A stretch of 64,000 nucleotides of DNA from Candidatus Kerfeldbacteria bacterium (lineage in GTDB: Bacteria > Patescibacteriota > Patescibacteriia > UBA10025 > JAHIVO01), in NCBI GenBank assembly GCA_016214565.1, contig JACROE010000002.1, forward strand, positions 856,007 to 920,006, in the 5' to 3' direction. Made by a program: the position numbers and the translations under genes. A model generated the notes under the pieces. That model had not been told where the DNA came from. It did not search any database and worked only from the letters and a program-made list of their open reading frames with translations. Below are positions 32,930-42,526 of the stretch, one piece after another. Positions within the stretch are counted from its first letter, which is position 1. Each line of letters opens with the position of its first letter.

Positions 32930-33295
32930 ATGACAATCATCTTCAATACCCACTCAATGAAAAAACGACGTCAGCAATTACGGCGCTCCGCGCCCCGGGC
33001 TGAGTTGCTCCTCTGGCGTTATTTGAAGGGCAAACAGCTTGGTGGTTATAAATTTAGGCGTCAGCATAGTATCGGTGGGTATGTGGTGGATTTCTATTGT
33101 CCAGAATTGCGATTAGTGATTGAGGTGGATGGGCCGTCACATTATGTATCAAAAGAGGCGAGGGAGTATGATCGGCACCGGCAAAAGTACATTGAATCTT
33201 TGCGCATAACCGTGTTGCGTTTTACTAATGCCGATGTGTATGTAAATATGCGAGAAGTGATTGACATGATTTATAGTATTTTACCGAGACCCTGA
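32930..33295 (+). CDS. DUF559 (Vsr-like) endonuclease
   Basis: AELLLW, KFRRQH, YVVDFYC, IEVDGPSH, VLRFTN. Confidence 0.9.
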   Translation: MTIIFNTHSMKKRRQQLRRSAPRAELLLWRYLKGKQLGGYKFRRQHSIGGYVVDFYCPELRLVIEVDGPSHYVSKEAREYDRHRQKYIESLRITVLRFTNADVYVNMREVIDMIYSILPRP

Positions 33296-33515
33296 AATAA
33301 ATTCAGGGTAAGAAAATTGTCATGCTGAACTCGTTTCAGCATCTCGACGGAGCCTGCCCTGAGCGCAATCGAATGGGCTCGGAATGACAATTATATAATT
33401 ACTCCTCGCAATGACAAAAAGCGGTTGTCATTGCGAGCGAACTGCGCAGCTGAGCAGGAGCGTGGCAATCTTTTTAATTTTCCGAAATCCGTTTCAGCAT
33501 CTTGGGATGACATCA
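33286..33515. repeat. Cluster of REP/MITE-like palindromes
   Basis: ACCCTGAA/TTCAGGGT; TGTCATGCTGAA...GGAATGACA; CTCGCAATGACA/TGTCATTGCGAG. Confidence 0.75.
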
Positions 33516-33593
33516 CATGTATTACCCTTCGTACTAAAAAAATTCCCCGACTGCGTGTCACAGCCGGGGAGGTCGTTCGTGTCGTAACGTGTG

Positions 33594-34100
33594 CTAATTG
33601 TAGCGAGGGTCGAATTCAGGTTTGACCTGCAGACCGGCAAATAAGGCGATCACGCCGGAAGTCATATGGTCGACCCTGCCATCGAGATAATTATCCGGGT
33701 CTGATTCACGGAATAATGCGAGGTTTGCCATCGGAATCTCCGGCAGATAATCAAACGTTTCAAAACAAACGTAGGTATTGAGAAATCTCCCGAAGACAAA
33801 AGTGACCGCTTGCCGCCGATTACAGCGACCGCAGCGCCGTTCGTGGGCGTTAATGCATTTTTGTAGGATTTCTCCAGTTTGCCGCAACAGCCGGCGGGGG
33901 TCCTCACGATCGAGTCGCTCGGAATAGTCCACGCAGAAACGCGGGGTGATCATATTGAGCAACGCAATAATACGGTCGGCGTTAACCTCTCTGTCCAAGC
34001 ACGGATTAGTTTTGATCAGCCCATAAAAGTCATCGTCAATGGGCGCTCCATTGGCACGAATCTCTTCAATGATAAGAGTTAGAAAAGAGCGAGCTTTCAC
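33594..34100 (-). CDS. Orphan hypothetical protein
   Basis: TTGACA at 34175-34170, GGAGG SD, GTG start at 34100, terminator ~33535-33572. Confidence 0.6.
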   Translation of the reverse strand: MKARSFLTLIIEEIRANGAPIDDDFYGLIKTNPCLDREVNADRIIALLNMITPRFCVDYSERLDREDPRRLLRQTGEILQKCINAHERRCGRCNRRQAVTFVFGRFLNTYVCFETFDYLPEIPMANLALFRESDPDNYLDGRVDHMTSGVIALFAGLQVKPEFDPRYN

Positions 34101-34279
34101 GGTATATCCTCCATGGATTAATGTTTTTGATATTTGTATTTTGTCTACCGTACCGCATAAGTCGGTTGCTGTCAAGAATTGATCTGTACTCAATTTTTTT
34201 CTAATTTACGCAAAAAAGAAAGCCCATATGGTGGTTAACCATACGGGCTGTTTGAGGTTGAGAGAAATATTTCATCTGC

Positions 34280-34846
34280 CTAACCTTTGGAGGTTGGTTC
34301 AGGAAAACATATTTCCCGGACCTCGTTCGCCGACATATTGATCCGAAGACCAAATTGCCGTAAAACGCTGTCAACTTCGTGAACCGTTGTCGGGCCGCTG
34401 TTTCTGATTTTACAGATTTCTTTGGCCGTCAGGGTGGCGATCACATTCAGTGGTAGGTACCGCTTGGTTTCTTTGAACTCTTGCAACCGGTGAATGTACT
34501 GTGCTGAAGTTATCATGCTGTTGTAGGCTCGAACAGAAAGCAGTTCGTAGAAAAGTACGGACACACCATCAATTCCGAAGACTCTAATCAGGAATTGTAG
34601 GTGCCGTTGCCGCTGACCGGTAGTCTGATTTCTGGAAATCCGGTGTAGCATAATGCTGGTTTGCTGCGGTGGAGTAGTCGACGGGGATAGTTGGCGGCCG
34701 GACAGGAACTGAGTAATGATATCACTCAACATAGAAAGGTTTTCCAAAGAACCTTTCCGTTGAATGATATGCATAAACAGCTTATGGAGCAGCTTTGCCC
34801 AATCGGATATGAATCCGGTGTCCGGTGTTTCAGATGAATTAATCAC
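34280..34846 (-). CDS. Protein with C-terminal RNA polymerase alpha-CTD-like domain
   Basis: LSVRAYNSM...TAKEICKIRNSGPTTVHEVDSVLRQFGL resembles the alpha-CTD helix-hairpin-helix; own promoter, AGGAG SD and terminator. Confidence 0.65.
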   Translation of the reverse strand: MINSSETPDTGFISDWAKLLHKLFMHIIQRKGSLENLSMLSDIITQFLSGRQLSPSTTPPQQTSIMLHRISRNQTTGQRQRHLQFLIRVFGIDGVSVLFYELLSVRAYNSMITSAQYIHRLQEFKETKRYLPLNVIATLTAKEICKIRNSGPTTVHEVDSVLRQFGLRINMSANEVREICFPEPTSKG

Positions 34847-34970
34847 AATGTTCTCCTATTCGTTATTGTGTAATGTTCTATTTTTTTAACCCGGTATAAT
34901 AACGTATATTGGTCGTACTGTCAAGGGTGCCTCCCTTGTTTTTTTGGTTCGGAAATGAGACGATATATGC

Positions 34971-36131
34971 ATGCGTAAATCAATTATTATTCCAATCGTC
35001 CTCATGGTGGTACTGGTAGTTGTTGGAGCAGTTGTCTGGTACGTCGGTCGGGGTGATCAAGAAATCGTGGACAATTTAAACACCAATAATTCCCCGTCAG
35101 CAGTTACCAATCGTCTTGCCAATACCAATACGGAATCGGCGGGTGGACCGGTCGTGTTTACATATGATATTTTTGACGTCAACCAGGTAAGCCATATTAC
35201 GCCGCTCGGGGAGCTCAACGGCGGATATAATGAAAGCCAGGCGTTTGGTGGGGTCATGATCAATCTGAAGCGCGACAGTCAGGGAAATGTTGCAATGCTG
35301 GATATTATTGCCCCGGCGGATATGAGGCTGATGCAGTACGCACACTATGACATCGAAGGCCAGCCGGAGTGGGCGCTGTACTTCTCCCTCGCACCCGGAG
35401 TAGAGCTGGTCATGCATCACGTACGCCAGGTCAGTGGCAGTATCATCAAGGCTACCAACGCCGTACCCCAAGATAACTCCCGTACCGTGGACATGCCCAT
35501 CCCCCTGGCAATCAGCGCTGGTGAACTGATCGGCAGAACGACTGGCACTTCGCTCGGGCATAATTGGAATATATACGTGTACGATGAAAGCACTGAAAAT
35601 ACCTTTGTCCGTCCCGAGCGGTATCGCAATAATTATTTGGGTGATCGCATGCGCACCGCCTCGTGCGTTTTTGACTATTATCCCGATACAATCCGCCAGC
35701 CGTACCAGGCATTATACGGCTATAGCGCAGCTGGGCAATCAACCACCTGTGGCACCGTGTCGCGAGACGTAACAGGCACCGTGGCGGGACTCTGGTATTT
35801 CAGTGCCAATCCGGCCGATGGTATTGCTGAAGCGAGGGATGGCGACTATGCCACGCCGTTTGCTGCCTATACTGCGTCTGACGGTATGGTTATTCTGCAC
35901 GAGATAGACGGACACCGGTTTGATATTTTCCCGAATAACCCCACGTATAGAAAGCCATCGGACATAACCGATGCGCATTGCTATCAGCTGGTGAACAGTG
36001 CACAAAATTCTTCAGCTGGCTACGCCTATTTTCGGGTGGTGGATTCCATGACCATGCAGCTTGCCTATAAATCAAGCGGATCGTGTCCAGCCAGCTTTCC
36101 CGCTACCGGGGCTGTCACGTATTATCGGTAA
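34971..36131 (+). CDS. Membrane-anchored extracellular hypothetical protein
   Basis: N-terminal TM helix, N/T-rich linker, IIAPAD and ISAGELIG hybrid-motif-like segments. Confidence 0.75.
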   Translation: MRKSIIIPIVLMVVLVVVGAVVWYVGRGDQEIVDNLNTNNSPSAVTNRLANTNTESAGGPVVFTYDIFDVNQVSHITPLGELNGGYNESQAFGGVMINLKRDSQGNVAMLDIIAPADMRLMQYAHYDIEGQPEWALYFSLAPGVELVMHHVRQVSGSIIKATNAVPQDNSRTVDMPIPLAISAGELIGRTTGTSLGHNWNIYVYDESTENTFVRPERYRNNYLGDRMRTASCVFDYYPDTIRQPYQALYGYSAAGQSTTCGTVSRDVTGTVAGLWYFSANPADGIAEARDGDYATPFAAYTASDGMVILHEIDGHRFDIFPNNPTYRKPSDITDAHCYQLVNSAQNSSAGYAYFRVVDSMTMQLAYKSSGSCPASFPATGAVTYYR

Positions 36132-36274
36132 TAACCGGTTTGATTTTTAGGCATATGATGATAACTCCATAGCGTAATGGCGGGGTTGTTTTTTTAGAGC
36201 TTGACGGATACGTCGTAATATCCTAGAGTACCATAATATTCTGAATTAACCGTAACTGTTTGTAAGGAGGATAT

Positions 36275-36712
36275 ATGTTCTTTTTAGCAAAAGCTTTTTG
36301 GATAAGCGCAGGCTGGGCAGCGCTTGGTTTGGCCTTCGGTGGGTTTATTGTTCTATTGATAACTTCAATTTTGGAAGATGCGACAAGGCCCCGTCGCCGG
36401 TCAAAGAAATCGAACGATGAGGTATTCGAAAAATACCTTCTTACCATTTCTCTGATTGTGGCAGCACTTGGCATTTGGGTGCTGTGGGTTTCCTATCCGA
36501 TTGTCAACGGGTTACAATTCTGCGTGATGGGGGCTCTAATATCTGGATGTGTGGCGAAATGGATCATAAGGCCGCTCGGTGAGTTTTTTAATGAAAAGCT
36601 CACTTGGTCCGATAATTGGACCACCCTGCTGGTGATCGGCGTTTCTGTACTTCTTGTCGGCATATTGGCCGGCAGTCTCAATGCGCTTTGGTTCAGGGCG
36701 TTTGTCTCGTAA
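36275..36712 (+). CDS. Orphan four-TM protein
   Basis: TTGACG-17-TAGAGT promoter, TAAGGAGG SD, terminator 36734-36766. Confidence 0.7.
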   Translation: MFFLAKAFWISAGWAALGLAFGGFIVLLITSILEDATRPRRRSKKSNDEVFEKYLLTISLIVAALGIWVLWVSYPIVNGLQFCVMGALISGCVAKWIIRPLGEFFNEKLTWSDNWTTLLVIGVSVLLVGILAGSLNALWFRAFVS

Positions 36713-36853
36713 GCGAGGCGCTTGATAAGTATAACCGTGTTAGAGGTTTTCTCTGGCACGGTTTTTCATTATCAAAGATAAGTTTATTCAAAATAAAAAC
36801 CCCCGCACCAAATGAATGACACGGGGGATGTAACATACAATGTAGGCCGATGC

Positions 36854-37714
36854 CTACGCCTGGGCGACTTCGGGAGTCGCTTTTTCGTCGGCGTTTTGAC
36901 GCTCGACTTTCTCGACTGCCTCGATCAGGGACCGAAGCGTGTCGTGGTAACGGCTGTCGATGAGAGTCAGCGGGTCGAGATTGGCCGCCTGGCACTGGGC
37001 CATGAGCTGCTTAATGTCGTATAAATCGACATCGCAGGAATTGAGAGATAGACGTCTCGCAATTGCCTTAGCCTGTTTGTCATGGCCAGCAAGTACGATC
37101 GGGTCGATTAGCGGTCGGGCATAGGTGTCAAACGCCTCTGCGGCAGCTTCGCCAATTGCAAGTGTGAGTACATGACGCATCGTATTGAGGTGTTTATGAT
37201 ACTCCTCAGCGATGTCTGAGACGTCGAATGTTATACCGCCGGGATGATTCCCATGATAGCCGTTGTTTACCGCCTCCTCTGCTTGTTGGAGCAGGAAGCG
37301 AACGTGCCGTATTGACCATAGCAGGTCGAGACTATTAACTATCAGACCCCAGAAACCAGCGGTGACTGTTTGATCGGCTAAACGAGCCAGTTCCTGATCA
37401 TCGATTTCTCGATACTCGCCGCCAATGTGTGGCGATTGTCCGGACACATAGGCGCGCGGGTTGTGGCTGCTGTTGCCGTCACCCTTCGCTGCCAGTGCGA
37501 GCAATTGAATTAATCGTGACTTTTTCCACGAACAATTGCGTACCGCACTGATCGCTTCATTTTTTTGATCAAAGAAAATGTCGAACTCCTTCACCAGCTT
37601 CATTTTCCTGATGATCATGATCACCCAGAATATGAAAAAAAGAACTGCACACGACAAGAAGAGTGCCGGGTATTCGCGCACAAATGACATTAGTGAATCC
37701 CACCATTGAAACAT
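36854..37714 (-). CDS. Orphan single-TM helical protein
   Basis: TTGACA-17-TAGACT at 37819-37791, AAAGGA upstream of ATG 37714, terminator ~36790-36828. Confidence 0.7.
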   Translation of the reverse strand: MFQWWDSLMSFVREYPALFLSCAVLFFIFWVIMIIRKMKLVKEFDIFFDQKNEAISAVRNCSWKKSRLIQLLALAAKGDGNSSHNPRAYVSGQSPHIGGEYREIDDQELARLADQTVTAGFWGLIVNSLDLLWSIRHVRFLLQQAEEAVNNGYHGNHPGGITFDVSDIAEEYHKHLNTMRHVLTLAIGEAAAEAFDTYARPLIDPIVLAGHDKQAKAIARRLSLNSCDVDLYDIKQLMAQCQAANLDPLTLIDSRYHDTLRSLIEAVEKVERQNADEKATPEVAQA

Positions 37715-37858
37715 GATTTCCATCCTTTCTGGAATTGTGTTGATTGTATGTAAATTATGTGAATGTACAAGTATATGAAAAGAACAAGACAGTCTAACAT
37801 CTTCATTCATATTTGTCAAGAGGAGTCTGAAGGGCTTTTTACTCCTGCTTAGCCTCTA

Positions 37859-37935
37859 AGATCCTTCGTTATCACTCAGGACGGCTTCGCCGGATTCTTA
37901 CGTCGCCTCGTTTAATTCCGTTCCTCAGAATGACA
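37859..37935. repeat. Partial REP-like element
   Basis: AGATCCTTCG...CTCAGGA and GATTCTT...CTCAGAATGACA, matching the right half of 38911-39009. Confidence 0.6.
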
Positions 37936-37945
37936 GTAGGGGGGG

Positions 37946-38074
37946 TAGTATACTTAGGGTCGTATGAAGCAATCCTGCACCACGTTGGGCGCAGGATTTT
38001 TACTATAAATTGACCGTATGCACGAGATGACAGTAGGTGGTATTTTTAGTATACTTAGGGTCGTATGAAGCAAT
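37946..38074 (+). repeat. 28-bp direct repeat containing the thyA -10 box and start codon
   Basis: TAGTATACTTAGGGTCGTATGAAGCAAT at 37946-37973 and 38047-38074. Confidence 0.9.
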
Positions 38075-38877
38075 ATTTGGACCTCCTCCAATACGTTTTA
38101 GATAATGGAACTGATAAAGCAGACCGGACCGGCACTGGTACGCGGTCGGTGTTTGGTTACCAGACGCGGTATGATTTGGCTAAGGGGTTCCCGCTGGTGA
38201 CGACCAAGAAAGTCCATTTGAAATCTATCATTTATGAATTGCTCTGGTTTCTGAAGGGGGATACGAATGTGAAATGGCTGAATGAGCACGGCGTGACCAT
38301 CTGGGACGAATGGGCTGATGAAAATGGGGACTTGGGGCCGATTTATGGCAAACAATGGACCGCCTGGACTGCGCCGGATGGCAGTACCATTAACCAGATC
38401 CAGAATGCAGTCGACATGATTCGTACTAATCCCGATTCGCGTCGGATCATTGTATCCGGTTGGAACGTAGGGGATTTACAGACCTTGATTGGCGGCAAGA
38501 AAACTGCGCCACCTCCATGCCATACCATGTTTCAGTTTTATGTGATCAATGGGACCTTGTCATGCCAATTGTACCAGCGCAGTGCGGACGCATTTCTTGG
38601 GGTGCCATTTAATATTGCCTCGTACTCATTACTCACCATGATGATGGCGCAGGTGACGGGCTTGAAGCTGGGGCATTTCGTGCATACGTTTGGTGATTTG
38701 CATATTTATAATAATCATTTCGAACAAGTGAAATTGCAGTTGTCGCGCGAGCCAAAGGCACTGCCTACCATGACCATCAATCCGGAAAAGAAGGATATCT
38801 TTACTTTTGAATTCGAGGACTTTACCCTTGAGGGCTATGACCCGCATCCGGGTATAAAAGCGCCGATTGCGGTGTAG
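38065..38877 (+). CDS. thyA: Thymidylate synthase
   Basis: [31 protein letters not shown]. Confidence 0.97.
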   Translation: MKQYLDLLQYVLDNGTDKADRTGTGTRSVFGYQTRYDLAKGFPLVTTKKVHLKSIIYELLWFLKGDTNVKWLNEHGVTIWDEWADENGDLGPIYGKQWTAWTAPDGSTINQIQNAVDMIRTNPDSRRIIVSGWNVGDLQTLIGGKKTAPPPCHTMFQFYVINGTLSCQLYQRSADAFLGVPFNIASYSLLTMMMAQVTGLKLGHFVHTFGDLHIYNNHFEQVKLQLSREPKALPTMTINPEKKDIFTFEFEDFTLEGYDPHPGIKAPIAV

Positions 38878-38910
38878 AAGTAAGTGGAAGAATGAATACC
38901 GGCCACCCTT

Positions 38911-39009
38911 TGTCATTCTGAAGGAGCGTGAGCGACTGAAGAATCTATATGCCGGTAGCCGTATGTCGTAGAGATTCTTCGACTCCACTTCGTTCCGCTC
39001 AGAATGGCA
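38911..39009. repeat. REP/MITE-like element between thyA and folA
   Basis: TGTCATTCTGA...GAAGAATCT...AGATTCTTC...TCAGAATGGCA terminal and internal inverted repeats. Confidence 0.8.
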
Positions 39010-39038
39010 AACCGAAGCTGAGCATTCAGAAACATATT

Positions 39039-39527
39039 ATGAACAAACCTATCATCAGCGGCGTTGTCGCCATATCAAAAAACCATGTCATTGGTCGTGA
39101 TGGCACGTTGCCCTGGGATATACCCGAGGACTTACAGCATTTCCGCAATCTGACCAAGGGACACGTCATGATCATGGGTAGGAAGACCTACGAATCAATC
39201 GGCCGGCCGCTGCCGAATCGCATCAGCATTATTATTACCCGTAATTCGGAGTACAAAGTAGAAGGATGTTTTGTGGTGCAGTCATTAGACGAAGCCGTGG
39301 CGCTCGCCAAAGAGAAAGAGGAGAATGGCGAGATTTTTGTCATCGGTGGGGGAGAAATATTTCGGCAAGCCATGCCCATCATCGAAAAATTGTATCTGAC
39401 GGTGGTTGATGTGGAAATCGAAGGCCATGCATTTTTCCCAGACTACGCCGAATTCAAAAACGTGGTCAGCGAACGAAAAAGCCATGGTAACGGATTTCAC
39501 TATACCTTTTACGAATTAACGCGCTAA
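39039..39527 (+). CDS. folA: Dihydrofolate reductase
   Basis: LPWDIPEDL, MGRKTYES, RPLPNR, IGGGE. Confidence 0.96.
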   Translation: MNKPIISGVVAISKNHVIGRDGTLPWDIPEDLQHFRNLTKGHVMIMGRKTYESIGRPLPNRISIIITRNSEYKVEGCFVVQSLDEAVALAKEKEENGEIFVIGGGEIFRQAMPIIEKLYLTVVDVEIEGHAFFPDYAEFKNVVSERKSHGNGFHYTFYELTR

Positions 39528-39529
39528 CT

Positions 39530-40258
39530 ATGGCACGACGCGGTATCATGGTAGTGATCGACGGCATCGACGGCTCGGGCAAAGGTACCTTTGTCCAGGT
39601 GTTGGCGGATTGGGCAAAGCGCAAACATTATAAAATATTTGATGTGGTTGCCTATGAAAAGAAAAATTATACGTTACCACAGCCCAGTGAATTAAAGGGT
39701 TACCAAGTACTGATTACCGCTGAACCAACGCATTCGCTGATTGGCAAAGCTATCCGCGAGGAAATCGCCCGGTCAAATGAACGGATGTACACGGCTCGTG
39801 CCACTGCAGAAGCGTACGCCCTTGATCGATATATATTATTACAACGAGTGATTATCCCCGCACTTGCCGCGGGTAAATATATTTTCCAGGAGCGTTCATT
39901 GACCACGTCACTGGCCTACCAGCCGATTCAGGCAGAGCCATTGTCGGTGAAAGATATCATCGGTTTGGCGGGCAATCAGCTGGCGCTCAAGCACCGACCT
40001 GATTTATTGTGTATACTGAAGACAGACGTGGCAGCCGTGATGCAGCGCCTCAGAACACGCAAGAAAAAGGATCGAGCGATATTTGAGCGAAAGTCGTTTC
40101 TCGAGAAGGCGCAGCGCCGGTTTACTGCCTCGTGGTTTCGGGAGATGTATCAGAAGCGGGGAGCACAGGTAGTGACGCTGGACACCACCGGAGGATTGAT
40201 TGAAACCAAAAAGAAGATGCAGGAAGTTTGGGAGGGGTATTTGAAGAAAGCATTATGA
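39530..40258 (+). CDS. tmk: Thymidylate kinase
   Basis: DGIDGSGKGT, AEPT, ERSLTTSLAYQ, PDL. Confidence 0.85.
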   Translation: MARRGIMVVIDGIDGSGKGTFVQVLADWAKRKHYKIFDVVAYEKKNYTLPQPSELKGYQVLITAEPTHSLIGKAIREEIARSNERMYTARATAEAYALDRYILLQRVIIPALAAGKYIFQERSLTTSLAYQPIQAEPLSVKDIIGLAGNQLALKHRPDLLCILKTDVAAVMQRLRTRKKKDRAIFERKSFLEKAQRRFTASWFREMYQKRGAQVVTLDTTGGLIETKKKMQEVWEGYLKKAL

Positions 40259-41814
40259 ATAAATTTGAAACAGTTATTGGTTTAGAAATCCATGTACAGC
40301 TCAAGACCAAGAGCAAGATGTTTTCTGATTGCCCAGTTCCGGCTGATGCCGCCACGCCCAATACCGCCGTGGATCCCTTAACCCTGGGGCATCCCGGCAC
40401 GTTGCCGGTGATTAATGAGCAGGCGGTGCGCTATGCGGTGATGGCCGCCCTGGCGCTGCACTGTGAGATCAACCGGCGCTCGTGGTTTGACCGCAAAAGC
40501 TATTTCTATCCTGACTTGCCCAAAGGCTATCAAATTTCCCAATCAGAAAAGCCATTTGGCTATGATGGGCATCTGATCGTGCAGTATGGCGAGAAGCGGG
40601 AGCGCATCCGCATTGAACGTGTGCACCTGGAGGAAGATACGGGGAAATTATTGCATGACACTGAGAAGAACGTCAGCTATGTTGACTACAATCGCGCGGG
40701 TACGCCACTGATGGAAGTGGTGACGCATCCGGATTTTGATACGCCCGAAGCCGCCAAGGCATTTCTCCAGGAACTCAGGTTGATCATGCGGTACTTGGGT
40801 ATTTCTGATGCCGACATGGAAAAAGGACACTTGCGTTGTGACGCGAATATTTCCCTGCGGCCAAACCCATCGTATTTCACTGATGAGAAAAACGCAGCCC
40901 TGGGCAGCATCGGTTTGGATCCGAAGAAATTATATCCCAAGACGGAAATCAAAAATCTCAATTCATTCCGGGCAGTGGAACGTGCCTTAACCTACGAAAT
41001 TAAAAGACAAACCGAGCTGTGGCTGGCTGGGACTCCGCCTGATGCTCAATCCACGCGCGGTTGGAATGATGCGACCGGCGAGACCGTTTTGCAACGCGTG
41101 AAAGAGGAACAGCATGACTATCGGTATTTCCCCGAGCCAGATTTGCCACCGGTTGTTTTGGATGACGCATTTATGGATTCTGTAAAAATGACATTGGGCG
41201 AATTACCGCAGGATAAGCGCGAGCGGTTTCATAAGCAGTTTGGCCTGAATGCGTATGATGCAGGCATTATTGTCAGTGATAAAGTCTTGGCTGACTATTT
41301 TGAAAATGTTATTAGTGAATTGCGTGCTTGGTTGATTGCCGATGCAGGATTGGAAGGAACTGAAGAGGAAGTCTGGGCTAACCACGGATTAAAATTAGTT
41401 AAGAGCACCGCTAATTGGATCATTTCTCGCTTGTTGAAACTCGTGAACACGCATGGCGGTTCTTTTGCAGACTTGCCAATTACTCCAGAAAATTTTGCCG
41501 AGCTGATGACGTTGCTCTTTCAGCACCGGGTGAATAATCAGACGGGCCAGGTGATCCTGGAAAAAATGTTTGCCACCGGCGGCGATCCGTCTGAATTGCT
41601 GGAGCAGTCGGGCCTCGGCGTCCAGCATGATGCGAAATCGCTTGAAGCTATTATTATCGAAGTGTTGCAGGCGCATCCGGATCGGGTGGCAGAGTATCGC
41701 GCGGGCAAGAAACCGGTGCTGCAGTACTTGATCGGCCAAGTTATGCGCGCCTCGAAAGGCACCGCCGATGCACAATCGGTGGCCGAGTTGCTCCAGGAAA
41801 AATTAGACGCCTAG
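40255..41814 (+). CDS. gatB: Asp/Glu-tRNA amidotransferase subunit B
   Basis: VIGLEIHVQL, YFYPDLPKGYQISQ, HLEED, DYRYFPEPDL. Confidence 0.97.
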   Translation: MNKFETVIGLEIHVQLKTKSKMFSDCPVPADAATPNTAVDPLTLGHPGTLPVINEQAVRYAVMAALALHCEINRRSWFDRKSYFYPDLPKGYQISQSEKPFGYDGHLIVQYGEKRERIRIERVHLEEDTGKLLHDTEKNVSYVDYNRAGTPLMEVVTHPDFDTPEAAKAFLQELRLIMRYLGISDADMEKGHLRCDANISLRPNPSYFTDEKNAALGSIGLDPKKLYPKTEIKNLNSFRAVERALTYEIKRQTELWLAGTPPDAQSTRGWNDATGETVLQRVKEEQHDYRYFPEPDLPPVVLDDAFMDSVKMTLGELPQDKRERFHKQFGLNAYDAGIIVSDKVLADYFENVISELRAWLIADAGLEGTEEEVWANHGLKLVKSTANWIISRLLKLVNTHGGSFADLPITPENFAELMTLLFQHRVNNQTGQVILEKMFATGGDPSELLEQSGLGVQHDAKSLEAIIIEVLQAHPDRVAEYRAGKKPVLQYLIGQVMRASKGTADAQSVAELLQEKLDA

Positions 41815-42140
41815 GCGAATTTTTTGGCAGAGCGACGAGATCGATCGGTTTGCTTGTCTTTGTATTTGGTGACTTGGCGTTCCAGTTTCTTCAGGCACTG
41901 CTCAATAGCGGTGCGCATGTGCTCGGCTTTTTGTCCGGCCATCAGCACAATGCCGGGTAATCTGACGGATAATTCCACGCGGTATACTTTTCCGGTATGC
42001 TGATTATGGTCATGGTCAAGTTCGGCTTTTGAAGAAATGATTTGGGAAGAAAATTTTTCCAATTTGCGCAATTCCTGAGTAACATAATCCTGGAGGGTGG
42101 GCGACAGTTTGAAATTTTTTCCACTAATGATAGTCGGCAT
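41811..42140 (-). CDS. hpf: Ribosome hibernation factor (short HPF/RaiA)
   Basis: ISGKNFKLS...KLEKF...KKLERQVTKYK. Confidence 0.85.
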   Translation of the reverse strand: MPTIISGKNFKLSPTLQDYVTQELRKLEKFSSQIISSKAELDHDHNQHTGKVYRVELSVRLPGIVLMAGQKAEHMRTAIEQCLKKLERQVTKYKDKQTDRSRRSAKKFA

Positions 42141-42300
42141 AGGAATTTGTTTTTATCGTATCAATAGGTGTATTATAGCGCGCTGCCGGTGCACGTCAAT
42201 TACATACGCGGTAAACCCCAATAGTATTGACTCCCTGAAGGGTGTTTGCTAGTCTGGAATTCGTTGGTCAATGGTTTCTAAAAAAAGGAGGTATTCCGCC

Positions 42301-42471
42301 GTGTCTGAGACCAATCGTACATACCCATGTCCGGACTGCCAGCAACCAGTTCCGGTCGGGAAAAAATGCTCTTGCCAGAGCCAAACTTCTGAGGAAGAAT
42401 ATGAAGTAGGCCGACCGGGCAATGTTCCCGCGATATTTTCTGAGCGGGATGGAGATGCTATCCACGAGTAA
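42301..42471 (+). CDS. Orphan small Zn-ribbon protein
   Basis: TTGACT-17-TAGTCT promoter, AAGGAGGT SD, GTG start; CPDC...CSC. Confidence 0.55.
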   Translation: MSETNRTYPCPDCQQPVPVGKKCSCQSQTSEEEYEVGRPGNVPAIFSERDGDAIHE

Positions 42472-42526
42472 TGGTCGGCCAAACAATGTTGGCTCTCAGT
42501 GCGTTATCTATTTGCCGGTAACGCAC

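Noticed and set aside
38949-39038. ORF-track N-terminal extensions (folA; also dCMP deaminase, tsf, secE, miaA, thrS, flavodoxin)
   Set aside because: They run through repeats, promoters, tRNA or upstream genes; downstream ATGs fit family lengths
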